In this document: positions 11,058-25,203 of the stretch, in pieces | Layout: the number at the start of each line of letters is the position of its first letter | Numbering within the stretch: position 1 is the first letter of the stretch | Assembly (NCBI GenBank): GCA_973895155.1 | Contig: OZ316899.1 | Location: forward strand, 12,339,834-12,403,833 | Length of the DNA stretch: 64,000 nucleotides | From: Marsupella aquatica | Lineage: Eukaryota > Plantae > Marchantiophyta | Reading direction: 5' to 3' | The notes under the pieces: generated by a model | What the model was told of the DNA's origin: nothing | Databases searched by the model: none | The model's input: only the letters and a program-made list of their open reading frames with translations | Made by a program: the position numbers and the translations under genes

Positions 11058-14000
11058 TGTGGTGCGTCCCATGGCGCCCCATACCCAAGAAACTCCCCCG
11101 CACAAGCCGATTCCCGTAGGTTTCGTCCTCGACGAGGCCGTTTCCACGGCTTAGCGGCATGGGACGCTGCTAATCTCTTCTACTACTACAATTAACATCT
11201 TACACACATATACTGGACAGATCCTTCATCGGGTCATGAGATACTTAGCCGGCCTATTCTAGGCCCTCCCTTGTATTCCTCTCCTGGTCTTCCATTAGGT
11301 ATGTTTGGATTCCGCTGCCGGAATGATCCCCAATTTGGCTTGGTTAAGCCACTAAGACCTCTCTCAGCTCGACACATCCATCTCTCACTCCCTTGCTACC
11401 TGCCCCGGACCGAGTCAACTCTTCATCGGCCTGACTGGGTCCACCCTCGGCTTCGGCCTCAGCATCGGCCACGGCCTCCTCGACATGTTTTAGTAGAGGA
11501 TCTGGTACCTCGGTTTCATTATTGGTTGTCCCGGCCTCGGCCTTGCCATCCCCACTTCCTAGGACTGGTGGATCCACCGCCGTGCCGATGTCGGAGGTTG
11601 GTGCCGGGTTTATCTTCTCGGTCACAACAGCTTGAGAAGCCGTATAACTCCCAGACCTAGAAGGTTTTCGCTTCTTCTTCTTCCCTATTTCAACAGCCAG
11701 TTCCTTCCCCTTGCCACTTACCTTCGACACCAGGGTGAGTGTCTCGGCTTGTCCTTCGGCCAATACTACCCCTGGTAACTGGGTTGCCCCAATTGGAGTT
11801 GGACCGGATGAAGCCAAGCATTTAAATACTGCGGCTTGTTTCTTCAGTCGCTCCGTTTGGTTGTCGGCCCGCCGCTGTAGGTTCTCCATCTTCCTCGTGA
11901 TTTCCTCCAACTCCTCCTGGGTCTCGTCCAGGTCCTTGCGTGCCTCCTCCAGCTCCTTTCTGGCTTCCTCCAATTCTTTCTTTACGGTAGCCCTCTCCTC
12001 CTGGGTTGCTCTTAGCTCCTTGTCCAGCTCTGCTACGACCACAGACTCCATCTTATTCATCTTGGCATAAGTCTGGTCGAGCTGGTCGTCCTTTTCATGC
12101 AGGTCGGCCTTGAAGCTGGCCGTCAGGGATGCAAGCTCCTGCTGCAGCGCAATAATCCCTTGATAGGATTTCCCTAACTCTGCTTCCTTCTGCTCAAGGG
12201 CTCCGCGGATATCTTCGAGCTCTCCTTTCAATGCCCTCTCCCTTCTCTGAGTCTCCGCCATGGCCCGGTTGTTGGCGGTTAAGTGGGCCTCCTCTGCGTC
12301 CCTTAGCTCCCGCTTCCATTTCTCTCTTTCCTTGACTACGCCGGCCAACTCTCCTTGGGTCCGAGTCAGTTTATCTTTGATAATCTGATTGTCAGACTGA
12401 GCGGTATCCAACTGCCCCTGCATGATGTTTAGCTCATGTCGCTTAATCCGCAGCTCATCTTGGGCTTTCTTGGCCGCCTGCAGGACTTCCACCTCGGCTT
12501 CCTTCTCCCTAAGCCGTCGGATGACCTCGTCCTTCTTGCTTCTCTCCAAAGCCACCGCTTCTTCTAATCGGTGCTTCTCCAACCTCTCCCTCTGGAAGAA
12601 AAGTCCCTGCTCCAACTCCTCCCCAAAGATGCTGAGCGCCAGGTCCCCACACATCTCCCTGTACTCCATGGCTCTATCCTTAGCATAGGTGGAGTAAGTA
12701 GAAGTCATCGGCAACAACCACCTCGGCCTCTATTCCCAAGCCGCCTTGTGGATTTCTTCTACGGTGGCAAGAGGGTTGCTTCTTTTTTTGGCAAGCCGCT
12801 TGATGTCCTCCGGCCAATCTCCTCCTAGTAAATCTTTCTCCCTAGCCAGGGCTGCCCTCTCTTCCTCCCTGAGTCGCTCCTGAAAGTCTTGTGCCGTCTG
12901 CTTTATGCCATCAAAGCTCGGGGGAGCAACCTCTAGTGGGGGAGACTCGGGGCTATTCTGCTGGGTGGGGTCCCCTTGAACTACTCTTGGAAGCGTGGGG
13001 ATAAATTGGCCACAGGTCCTTACTCCTGGAACATGATGATCCGACCCATAGCCGGAGTTATCATTGCTGTAGTCCTCCACCGCCTCCTCCACTCCTTGGA
13101 CTCCCTCCTTCCCCCTCTGTTCCCCTGGTCCTGCCGTGAAACCGGCCTCACAGATCACGGGCCCTTGTTCCTCCTCTCGGTTCCAGGCTGTCCTCTCCCT
13201 CTGCTCTCCTGGGGAAGGAGCCTTAGGCTGCTCTGCCTCCGATTCGGGGTTGAGGCTCCCATATACATTCGCACTCCCGGCTTGTGTTCCGGCCTCCTTC
13301 TCTCCTTCTCTCCTTGGCTCCGGTAAAGGGGTTTTCCCTCCTGAGTCGGCTTAGGCCGGCCTCTGGGGCAATGTCCTGTACCGGTGCCGTTGCCGTTGCC
13401 GTTGCCGTTGCTGGTGCCGTTCTCTCCTTCTCCAGCATTTTCAGCAGATTCTGCATGCCTGATTGCTGCATCGGCAAGTCCTCTTTCCTTGGCCGAAACA
13501 CCTGCTCTATCATAGGACTGACAGGCTGGTTGGGCTCTTTTGTTGTCGGCCTCTGCTCCGGAACCTCCTCCGATGCCCTTGCCGATAGGGGAAGTACTGG
13601 GGCAAAGATTTGACTTCTGGCATACCGGCACAACAGCGGCATGTGATAGCCAAGCCGGGACACGCTTCCCACGCCGACCACTTGCTGTTCCTCCTTCAAG
13701 ATTTTCTTCAGTTGGTTGAGGAGGTACCCGTTGTAATCCCGGCTTGGGTCTGGCCTTTCTGCCAGGTAGACCTAAGGCTTGCCGATCTCTGCCCTCGGCA
13801 AGTTACAATGCATGGTCACTCGCAAGAAATCGATCATCTCTCCGATGTGCGGGTTGGTGCAGGTGTTCCGGAAGAAGCCATTCTTCATTGATGGTCCTGG
13901 GAACAACCGGAACTCCTTGTCAGGTAAGGTCTTCCTGGTATCAACCTTGGTCTTATTACCCATCAGCAAGCCAAATACCTCGGCAATCACCTGGGGAGTG

Positions 14001-15134
14001 AGATAGAAATCCTTCCCATACACCCTTGTGGAATTGGTCTCGGGTTCCCATGATCCCACGAATTCTAATAAGTCTGAGTCCGGCACCTCCGGCTTCAGCC
14101 ATGGTAATCTTACGAAGGCTTCCAAGCTGGATCCGGCCATGAAGCCCTGGTACTTCTTGGTCTGCATGGCCGTAAAACATGCATCTTCCTCCCGTGCAAA
14201 ATGTAATTGCACTTCCTCTGGTAGGGTCGCCGCCCAGCCTTTCCAGGTGTCATCATTTGTTGGAATGGCATTGATGGGATTGACCTCATCCTCTTCGGCT
14301 TCTCCCTGCCTCCTGTTCTGCTGCTCTACTGGTTTCCTTGGTGCCGCCGACCTCGTTCTTTTTGCCGGGGTGGCCTCTTCGTTGTTGTTTCCTTTCCTCT
14401 TCATCTCGGCTGTCGTGGATGTTTCTCCTAGCACAGTTACCTTTGTCCACTCTTCCGTGCTACCCTTCAACTCCCAGTGCGCGTCGTTGCAGCGGTTGAT
14501 GGCTTCCCGAATGCCGACGATTCTCTCTTCGCAAAACTGAAGGTCATCGAGCTGATTGGCAGTAGGAGTCCACAAGAACTGGGCCTTGATGAGTTCTCCT
14601 CCTAAGAAGGTAGACTTTTGCAGCTCCCACAGTCGAGCGAGCTCCTGCCGTTCTCGAGCTACTCTCTCTGATTCTTCGTCCTCGTAAGTCCCAATGTACT
14701 CAGTTGCCCGTTCGAACAGGCATCCCCAAAAATGTGCCACTTGATTGATGTTGCTCATACCCTCCTTGACTCGATCGTTGGTATCTGTTCCCACCCAGAG
14801 TGCTTGCCTAAGTAGCTGATTGTATTTGGCCTCCATAGTCGTCTGCTCAGTTCGTGCTTGCAAATGAGCCACTATTCCTCGCGAGCGGTCCTTACCCCTC
14901 TCCTCCTCTGGTCTTCCCTTCCGTTGGTCACCCCTAGCCGTTGACGCTTAGCGCGCCCTAACCCTAATCGTGTTCTCTCCCCCAACGTCCTTACTTCCGG
15001 CCTCGGCCCGGGTTCCATAGTCACCCTTAATTGTTTATATTTTCCTTGTCTTGTTACTATACTAAGGTGTTTCCAGGGTACACTCCTGCTTTTACCATGT
15101 AAACCGGCCTAGTGATTCCTGGCTAGGCATCACA
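11058..15134 (-). mobile_element. Solo LTR, family A, 4077 bp, with a ~640-bp internal deletion at ~11399
   Basis: Termini TGTGGTGCG...GCATCACA; TSD CCCCT at 11053-11057 and 15135-15139; the host LTR ORF resumes after the TSD. Confidence 0.93.
11344..15018 (-). pseudogene. Family-A LTR ORF, disrupted copy
   Basis: ORFs 13772-14872, 13223-13699, 12730-13158 and 11344-12717 are colinear with the 56536 protein; several frameshifts and stops. Confidence 0.9.
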
Positions 15135-17249
15135 CCCCTATTGGAGTTGGACTTGAGGAAGCCAAACACTTAAATACTGCGGCCTGTTTCTTCAGCCGCT
15201 CCGTTTGGTTGTCGGCTCGCCGCTGTAAGTTCTCCATCTTCCGCGTGCTCTCCTCCAACTCCTCCTGCAATTTGTCCAGGTCCTTGCGCGCCTCCTCCCG
15301 CTCCTTTTGGGCTTCCTCCAACTCTCTCTGGGCTTCCTCAAACTTCTTTTTTAAGGTAGCCCTCTCAACCTGGGTTGCTCTTAGCTCCTTGTCGAGCTCC
15401 GTTACAACCTCAGACTCCATTTTATTCATCTTGGCATAAGTCTGGTCGAGCTGGTTGTCTTTCTCACGGAGGTTGGCCTTGAAGCTGGCCGTCATGGATG
15501 CGAGCTCCTGTCGTAGCACAATGATCGCCTGATAGGATTTTCCTAACTCGGCCTCCTTCTGCTCAAGGGCTCCGCGGATATCCTCGAGCTCCCCCTTCAA
15601 CGCCCTCTCCCTTCTCTAGGTCTCCACCATGGCCCAGTTGTTGGCTGCTATGTGGGCCTCCTCTGCGTCTCTCAGATCTTGCTTCCACTTCTCCTTCTCC
15701 TTGATCGTATCGGCCAACTCTCCTTGGGTCCGAGTCAGTTTATCCTTGATAATCTGATTATTAGACTGCGCGGTATCCAATTGCCCCTGCATGATGTTTA
15801 GCTCATGCCGCTTAATCCGCAGCTCATCTTGGGCTTTCTTGGTCGCCTTCAGGTCTTCTACCTCGGCTTCCCTTGCCCTAAGCCGACGGATGACCTTGTC
15901 CTTCTTGCTTCTCTCCAAAGCCCCCGCTTCTTTTAATCGGTGCTTCTCCAACATCTCCCTCTGGAAAAAGGGTCCCTACTCCAACTCCTCCCCAAAGATG
16001 CTGAGCGCAAGTTCCCTACACATCTCCTCGTACTCCATGGCTCTTTCTTTAGCATAGGCGGAGTGAGTAGAAGTCATCGACATCAACCATTGCGGCCTTT
16101 GTTCCCAAGCCGCCTTGCGGATTTCTTCTATCGTGGCTGGAGAGCTGCTTTGTTTTTCTGCAAGCCGCCTGATGTGCTCTGGCCATTCTCCCCCTGGTAA
16201 ATCTTTCTCCCTAGCCAGGGCTGCCTTCTCTTCCTCCCTGAGTTGCTCCTGAAACTCTTGTGCCATCTGTTTTATGCCGTCAAAGCTCGGGGGAGCGATA
16301 TCTGGTGGGGGAGACTCGGGGCTGCTCTGTTGGGTGGGGTCCCCTCAAACTACTCTTGGAAGAGTGGGGATGAACTTGCCACAGGTCCTTACTCCTGGAG
16401 CATGATGGTCCGACCCGTAGCCGGAGTCATCATGTTCGTAGCCTTCTATCGCCTCCTCTACGGCTTGGACTACCGGCTCCCCCCGCTGCTCTCCTGGTTT
16501 TGCCGTGAACACGGCCTCACAGATCACGGGTCCTGGTTCCTCCGGCTTCCACGTTGATCTCTTCTTCTCCCTGTCGCGACCAGGAGCTTCGGGTTGTTTT
16601 TCCTCGGCTTTGGGACTTGAGGCTCCTACATACATTCGGACTCCCGACTCGTGTTCCGGCCTCCTTCTCTCCTTGACCCTGGTAAAGCGGTTTTCCCTGG
16701 TAATTGGCTTAGGCCGACTTTGGGACCAGTATTATGTACCGGTCCCGTTGCCGTTGTCGTTGCCGTTCTTCTTTCCTTCTCCAGCAATTTCAGCAGATTC
16801 TGCATGCCTGGTTGCTGCATCGGCAAGTCCTCCTTCCTCGGCCTAAACACCTGCTCGATTGTAGGACTGTCGGGCTGGGTCGGTTTCTCTGTTGCCAACC
16901 TTGGTTCCGGAACCTCCTCTGGTGCTCTTGCCTGCAAGGGAAGTACCGGGGCAAATATCTGACTTTGGGCATACCGGCACAACAACAGCATATGATAGCC
17001 AAGCTGGGACACGCTTCCCTTGCCGATCACCTGCTGTTCCTCCTTCAAGATTTTCTTCAATTGGGTGAGGGAGGAGGTATCCGTTGTAATCCCGACTGGG
17101 GTCTGGCCTCTCCGCCAGGTAAACCTGTGCCTTGCCGATCTCTGGCCTTGGCAAGTTGTAGTGCATGGTTACCCGGAAGAAATCAATGATCTCTCCTATG
17201 TGCGAGTTGGTGCAGGTGTTTCGAAAGAAGCCATTCTTTGTTGAATACA

Positions 17250-19208
17250 ACAATTACAAAATATGGGCTACAGGAAGTATATGAAGAGAATATATTTCAA
17301 AGTCATATGAAGAGATTGTAGAAATTCATTGTAGTAGTATGGAGTCTTACATTCCAATAGGGCAACTTGTACAGACCAGTAGCCCTCTTCACTCCATGCA
17401 CCTTTATGGGGCATTTCTCATCCTCAACCTTGGTTCCTCCCTTCTTCAAGTATTATGTTGTCTCGTCTCCCACTTCTTTCTATCAGAGCTTGTCATTCTA
17501 CACGGTGCAGGTCAACTCTCAATTGCACCATCAAAGTATTGTGCACTGTCTGGTCTACAAAAAAGATGCCTTGCTGCTAACCATCGACGGTGGCCACTGT
17601 ACTCTAATTTCTGCAAGTGCTTAGAACCACGTGCCACACATTTTGGCCCACAGATGACACATCCTTTGTATCTAGAGTGTTGTTGTCCAGATATTAAACC
17701 ATATGCAGGGTAATCATTGATTGTCCACAATAGCACAGCCCTAAGGTTGAAGTGTTGAGACAATCCTGGGCGTGGCAATTTGTCAAAGCAGGGCACTCCT
17801 TTCTTCCACAACAGCTCCAGCTCCTCATAGAATGGACCCAATATTATGTCCAGCTGTTCCTCTGTTACTGAATCAGGTCCTGGAATCAGCATAGCTAGCA
17901 TGACAAAGAACTTCTTGGTGGTAAGCCAAGGAGGTAAATTGTAATTCAACAATAGTATTGGCCAGGTAGACCAAGCTGTGGAATTATTCCCAAAGGGATT
18001 CACCCCATCAAGTGCCAACCCAAATCGCACATTCCTTGGTTCAACTGCAAAGTTCCGATCAATATTTGTATCCACATGCTTCCAAACCTTCGAATCTGCT
18101 GCATGCCAAACCATGTTGTCTGTGCTTCTATTCTCATGATGCCAAGTCATGAGTTTAGATGTACCAGCAGTGGCATACAATCTCTTCAACCTGGGAATTA
18201 TAGGGAAATACCGCACCACCTTCCTTGCCTGTAATGAATTCCCCACTCCCTTCATCTTGGGCTGCTGACACACTGAACAGTTTTCTAACTTGGCATTCTC
18301 ACCCCTAAAGAGCATGCAACCTTTCTCACAAATAGGGATTCTCTCATAATCCAAGCCAAGCTTTCTCAATAGCTGCTTTGTAGCATATAAGTTCTTGGGC
18401 AGATTATGCTCTGCAGGCATACCATGCTCCCCCATCAAAGACAACAATGCATTCACTCCTTTGTTTGAGAATCCATGGCCATGACAGATGTTCAGTAGAA
18501 GCAACATGAATGACACAACATCTATTTTGTTGCCTGAGAACAAAGGTTGCATTGCTGCATCTAAAGATAACTGTGCAGGATCAGTCTCCACATGAGTTTT
18601 GGAGGTTTCAAGGGGGTTTACAGGATGGGCACCTCCTTCACTCTCATCATCCCCAAGTACAAAATCCAAGTCAAAACGGTCTTGATCATCTAGTTCATGC
18701 TCAGGGGATTCTTCACTGGTTCTCAACAACGTTTCTTCTAGTAGAGCCCTGATATGTTCTTCGACATCTATAGTTGGATGTTCTTGAACATCCACAGTTG
18801 GATACTCTGGAACATCTACAAATAAATGTTCTTCAACATCTACAGTTGGCTGTTGTGCACAGGTTGCCTGTTGAAGGTTTGCTACCCTCAATGCCTCAGG
18901 GCCATGTTGTGACATGTAGTCAGCACCCACTCTTCATTAGAAGAGTCTTGTCCCTCTCCCACCCACACTCGACATGCAGGGTACCGACCATGTTTAATAA
19001 GGTGCAGTCTAGCAGTATTCCGATTAGTCCTATAATTCCCTTTGCAGTTCACACAAGGGCAGTACATCTTATGGTCCCCACTCTTGTGGCAGGCCTTCTG
19101 TTCTTGAACCCACAGAGCATCATCATGATGTTGTACTCTAGCTGGATGGAAGAGCGACAACTTTGGAGTTCTACCCACACCTAACGTATTCTGTGGCAAT
19201 TGTGCCAT
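17250..19208 (-). pseudogene. CACTA Tnp2/TnpD-type transposase (transposase-associated domain + Transposase_21), frameshifted and 3'-truncated
   Basis: Motifs YCPCVNC..HLIKHG, RYFPIIPRLKRLY and EPRNVRFGLALDGVNPF..STWPILLLNYNLPPWL; frameshift near 18920. Confidence 0.93.
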
Positions 19209-19804
19209 GCTAGCTTGATTGAAATTGTATTCAAACTATGATTTTCAAACTGAATCAGTGTGACATGCATACAAAATTGGGCCTACCATCACAGTTGTAC
19301 AACCGATGCCAACCACAGTCCAATTGCTCAAACCCACAGAGCCCAGTTTCTCAAATCCACTGTAGTGGGGCACCTTCTCCTTCTTGCATACAAATAGAGC
19401 ATCACATACAGTGTCATCAAAATGATACTATGAACATAAATCTCTGTGCCTTCATCATTTCCAGTATTTGTTTGCCTATTAGGAATGTGAGCAGACAGGT
19501 CTGGAATAAGTAACGTTTGTGACACCAGTGACAAATTTACAAGTGAAGTTTAGACATCAATATGGAGGAAAGTCACACTCAAAGCACATGCTTGAAAATC
19601 AGAATCCTACCCTGGAAAAGATAATAAAGTTGATTTCTCAAAATTAATTGCCTCAATCTGCAATGCACTGTTGTAGAGTGTGTATACATGAGGAGTTCAT
19701 CAGACTGCATATAAATAGTCCACATGTTTTAGCACTCTGAAAATTGTTTAAGTCCACGTGAAACCATCAAAAAGCTCTATCTCAAGTTTGTGTTCCAGCC
19801 TCAA

Positions 19805-20464
19805 TCAAATCCAAGATATGTGGCTCCTAGCAGGAGTGCCTAGTGTAGGGTCAATGTCATGGTCAGGACAGTAAAACATCCCCTTCTTGGGCTGCCCATG
19901 CGCTGAGTGATCCCAAATTGTTCGATCATCGGCAAATCCCCTCTGCTGGATAAACAGCAGGCAGTCCTTGTGCCATGCCTTAGGACACCTCATGCACTGA
20001 ACCAAAAAGCCATTAGCCCCATCATTGGGTCCCTGTCCACAAGTAAGACAAATATGGAGTCCACGTGATGTTGTGCCAGGAACCAAACACTGCCGACAGT
20101 AAAACCGGGCATAGAGAGGGTCTGGACATTTTCTTACCTCTTCACCAATTTTTCCAGACACATGGCACTTAAAGCAAGAATGTTCCTCATTCTTGCAATC
20201 AACACAAAGCCATTCTCCAACATGGCCATCAGCCAGGGATATAGTTGGGCATAGCCATTGCTAACCCAAAGGACAGGAAACATTCTTATGGAAATGTCGG
20301 TGACAAGGCCCATCACAAACAATGAGATCCCCTCCCTCATCACAAATCGCACATACATGTGGACTATTCTGGTTAATCTCAATGTTTGAATATAAGGACA
20401 ATTGAGGTGCTTGAGAGGATTCACCTCTGCAATGATTCATGGCCTTCTGCTTATTGCGAGCCAT
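19805..20464 (-). pseudogene. EDM2/NSD-type tandem PHD-finger cassette with one in-frame stop (20261-20263)
   Basis: VCAICDEGGDLIVCDGPCHRHFH, WLCVDCKNEEHSCFKC, QCMRCPKAWHKDCL and YCPDHDIDPTLGTPARSHI; the last resembles the end of the plant EDM2 PHD region. ORFs 20261-20476 and 19805-20161 are in the same frame. Confidence 0.8.
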
Positions 20465-23400
20465 GGTCCTGCACACTCAGACCCTACATCAGATTGTGAA
20501 ACACGAAGGAATAACAGGGTGCAGCATGACACAAAAGAATGAGGGTGCAACATAAAATATGGCATGTAACCACAAGGGTGCAACATAAACCAATGCTTTA
20601 TGGATGGCAAAGCACTAGGACTGAGCAGCGCAAATAACCTTGGCCTATGATTGGAAGCAATCACAAATATTGCAACCTGTATGCCTTTGCCTGCTGTCCA
20701 GCAGTGCTCACTCACCCTGCCTTTTTAAAATCTGTAAGGGCAACATAGAACAAATAGCAATTGAGTTTCAGCAAAGCATTGGTTCTCAAGTTTTAAAATG
20801 GACAGACTTGTTTCATTGCCTGCCTTGTGCGCAGCAGGCTAAGACCGATCAGGGCAAATTTATATATTCAAGTAGTGAGAGCTACAAATTTAAATTTGCT
20901 GGGACAGTTTTCCAGTTCTGGATCCTGCTGCGCTTTATATATAGCAGCAACCTGAATTTGTTTTTTATAGACCAGCTTTTGACCACGGCTACTACTTCAA
21001 AACAATCACACAATCAAATCATGACAAATGATAAATGCAACAACTAGCAAAGGAGAAAAATGCAGTGGCCCTGAAGTAAACCTGGGTCAAGGCTGTGAAT
21101 AAAGTTCTCACCTTGTCCCTGCATAGGATCGGGAAATTCTACCCAGAGTCTAAAGCGGGAGATAACCAGGCGATGATCCATCCCAAGTTGCGTCAGGTCT
21201 AGGAAGGTTAGTACTCTCCTAACGTGACAAGACTTCTTCTGGATCATTCTCTGTAACAAAATTTATTCGTTTGAAGTAAAAGACTGAAATCATTTGATGG
21301 CAAATTCTCCCCTTAGTTAATCAAACCTCGCTTGGGGTGGACAGATTTTGCTAGAACTAGCGATAAAGCTTGTTCAAGATAGTTAAATTTCTTAGGTCTT
21401 TCTGAACGAGGACTTTTCCAGCACACTCAAAAAAGATTGGCAAAACATCAGGCTGACTTTCATGGTCAGACACTGCCAATAAAGTTTTCAACACAACAAA
21501 CAGAGCAAACATTGCCAAAAGAATTTTTGGGTACAAGGGTGCTGCATCCTGATTTGCCTAAACTCCATGAACTTACTAGCAGATTCTTATTGTTCAATTA
21601 GGCAGCATTAAACAGACCAGCCTTCCACTCAGGCAGAAACAATCCTGGCCCACTCAGGCATTAAATAGGGTCGAGCCAAAAACTTTTGGCATCAGCCGCA
21701 TAAACACCAAATGTTGCCAATGCTAACACGATGAAATACTGGAAGAGATAGAAAAAGATACAGCAGCATTTGAGGCAATAATTGCCAGACAACAAAAAGA
21801 CAACACAATAACTTATCAAAACTGAACACAGCAGACACAAAAAATTTATGCTAAGGAAGAACTACAGGAGACATACACAAAGTGGGCGCAGTTACATCCG
21901 TAGGATGGCATTCACCATGGGTTGGTTGGCTACATTTAATCACGAGCTCATTTTACCAGACAGAGGCCCAGGTCCCTATTTACTCTTCTCGTACAAGGGC
22001 ATTATGTTCCACAGGTCCCTGAAGTGCTCATTAGCGATCTATGAGGTATAATCATCTCTCTTGCTTGGACTGTAGGCAATATATTGATCAGAATGATGAC
22101 ACGGTTGCTAAGGAAGGGAGATCCTCAGACCACAACAGAAGTTTAATGTTCCACTATAACAAAATCAGAAATCAGAAATCAGCAAATCAATAGCAGACAA
22201 AAAGGAACACTGTCATTTGGAGACAGTAAGCTTTATTTTCTTTTTGCAATTATAAGCTTGAGGTGTATGGTGTTCAATTGTTCTGCAGGGCGGTCCTCGC
22301 ACGAATAGTTTTTAAGACTAATAACATTCAATCTGTCTGGATCCTTTAAGACAACACATATATTGCAGGCACATGTAAAGCTCCATGAACATTGAGACAA
22401 GGTCGGAAAGAGGGTCCAGGTTGTGATTAAGACAAAAAAAACAGAGAGAAACCCCAACTCCAACCATCGCATGATCACACATGCGCTTACCCTTAAAGCC
22501 CAAACTTGCTCCCACAAATGGAAGTCCTTAGTTCCTCCCACCACCGTCCGACAATGGCTGTTGCACTGCAAAGACAGTGCAATGAAGCTCCCACTTCCAA
22601 CAATGGACAGCTACCGTAGCTCCTCAGCTCCCGCAGCTCCTCAACTCCCGTAAGTCCTCCACTCTGGAACCTCCTATAGTTGATTGCCGATTGCAGCTCG
22701 TCCTCACCCGCTCCTCACCACTCCTCAATCACCAGTAGCTTGTTGCCGATTGCAGGTTGTCACGGATTGCCTTGAGCCCTTGAACTCCCGCAGCTCCTTC
22801 CGTGACGGCAGCTCAGTGATAATCTTAGCTGTGCAACCCAAGCCTTGAGCATGCCTCATGCCTCATCTGACCAAGCTACCAAGGCACAATGCAGCCAGGA
22901 ACGATGGCCATGTAATCCGCGTGAGGGGGCCGTCGACGCTACGCAACCCTCACCAATGTGCCAAGCACCCTGAAGCAACGAGCGCTCAGTAACGTGGTGT
23001 GCCAAGAAAGCCAAACATTGAACGTCAAGTCTTGACGGAAGCACAGAGGGGAGGGAGCAGGCGCATGCGCAAGTAAAAGGAACAAATGGATGTGCTTATG
23101 ATGATAACCTAGGCACTTGGGACCGCGCGCAAAACTCCCCTACATTGAACTCCCCACCTCCTAGCAACGAGACCTCACCTCTGCTCAGCTCACCTCTGGG
23201 AAAAAATCAAGCTACAACCGGAAATGTAGCAGCGAATGCGGAGCACACAAACGACATAGCACAAAATGTGGCAAGCAAAGGATCATAGTAGCGTATTGGA
23301 GCATTACCTGTGACCTCCGCCTTGAACTTGCAAGCAGCAGCTTGCGCTCTGTTGCCCCCCACACACTGAAAAAAGCACACTGAAAAAAGCGCAGGCTCCC

Positions 23401-24999
23401 GGGGCAGGCTCACAGTGAAAAGAGTCGCAGACCCAATTGAAGCTCCTCCCCAACAAGTCTTCTTTGACCGCGCAGCACACTTCTCCGCCAACTCGCAGCA
23501 CAATGAACAGAAATGGCAACTAAAAAACCCTTGCAGCCCGGATGGGTCGGAGCTCCACGGAGGCTTGCAATGTGCACACAAAGGTGCTCCAAGAAATGAG
23601 CACATTCAACAAAAGACTCAATGTTTTTTCAGGAAAGAGGGCTCCTGCAAATACGGGAGAACACCTGTGTGAGAGAAAGCATACCATTGGATTGGCCTCG
23701 TCCGCTTCGTTCAAATGACCCAGAACGTCCGTTCAAATGACCCAAAACATACACCCTTCTTCTTGCTCCTTACTTCACACAAGAAGTGAAGTCCCCCCCC
23801 TAAGGCCCTAGGGAAGGCAAGGTTAAATTTAATTTCAGGCTCCCCCGAAAGGCCAACACACTTACCAAACCCCATAAGGCCAAGGCACTTACCAACATGA
23901 ATGACTTAACATCAATGGTCCCTTGCAAGTGCCAAGATGAGTAAAGTGTCCATATCTATACACCAATTTGGGCACTTTCCTTGAAACAAAACGGTTAAGA
24001 ATGTTAAGGACCAATGTTATATATAAAAAAAGGACCAATGTTATATATAAAAAAGGATGCCCATGATATAAAAGGTCCATTTGGACCAAGGGGAAACCTA
24101 TTTGGACCCTAAACCCATAACCCACCCCTCATTTAAACAAATTAATCCTTCATGGGAGGTGAGGATGTTGTGCATTACACTAGTGTAATTAACTATGCAA
24201 CGACCATGTTTTTTGGGTGATAGGTTATGTCCGCAGTCATATATGCATGCATCAATGACCTCCAATATGACAAGATTAATGGCTTCCAATATGACCGCAT
24301 GAATGACCCTAAACTTTTAGACTCAATGAGCTCCCTTGTAACTCCAAAGAGAACCCCCCCAATATGCTTTGAAATGACCACATTTCCTGTCATTTGGTAC
24401 TTTTGACCTCTAGTATGACAGCCAAGATGACCCTAATTTGAGGTGTTTGAATTAATGACACACCATTGTTCCAAAATGACCCAATGAAGATTACACTACC
24501 TCTAGGAGTGGCCCCTTACAATTCCTTTGCAATTTAATAGAAAATACCCTAAATCCAAATATCGGCAAAAACATGACATACATATATAGAAGGACGACAG
24601 CCTTCCACTAGTATTGCACTATATATCTCTTGGAGAGACAAAAACAATATTTCTTTGCCTTTGGATAGGATGGTATGCGTGATGGTGACACTTTTGGCAA
24701 ATCACTCCAAAGTTGTATGACTTGGGAGTGATTTTCCCAAAGTTCCATCATGCCTTAACAATACGCCAAAACACGACATCAAAGTGCTAATAGTGCAACT
24801 AGTGGTTGGAGAATAGTAAATATAGTATTTGGCACCTAGTGGAGGGGTTGCGAGCTCTATGTGGGGCCACATGGCACTCTAGGGCCCACCTTCAGCCCTT
24901 AGCCCCAAATTGGTCATTTATGCTTGTCTTCAATGACTGCACTAGGGACACCTCAAATGACCACAAATCCAGTCATTTGACTTATGTGACAGTCCATAT

Positions 25000-25191
25000 T
25001 GTTGTAATACAAATATTATCCCAAACACAATGGATAGGGAGACCTGAAAGGGTATGAATTAGTAGAAGGGAGATGAATAGGATCATAACTACCCTAACTA
25101 ACATTGTATATATATGACCATGAATTGGTCATACTTTAATTGGAGTTGTTGATGGATTGATTGAGATCTTGATAGAATTAATGTCACAACA
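25000..25191 (+). repeat. Copia 5' LTR
   Basis: TGTTGTAATAC...GTCACAACA, direct repeat of 30241-30432. Confidence 0.97.
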
Positions 25192-25203
25192 CGTTATCAG
25201 CAC
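25192..25203 (+). other. Primer binding site, half-tRNA-Ile type
   Basis: CGTTATCAGCAC directly follows the LTR and lacks TGG. It is complementary to the tRNA-Ile anticodon arm (recalled sequence), as described for Bianca elements. Confidence 0.7.

Larger units (their letters stand above)
9671..17244 (-). mobile_element. Truncated family-A LTR of a diverged subfamily (9671-11057 + 15140-17244) hosting a nested solo LTR
   Basis: It starts with the family terminus TGTGGTGCGTCCCATGG. ORF pieces 10562-11044, 15130-15600, 15616-15954, 15976-16266, 16345-16635 and 16626-17253 belong to the LTR gene. Similarity stops abruptly at ~17244 with no terminus or TSD. Confidence 0.85.

Noticed and set aside
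20500-24270. Short ORFs between the PHD cassette and the tandem array
   Set aside because: No recognisable motifs; probably UTR, intron or promoter sequence of the CACTA transcript, which I cannot resolve.
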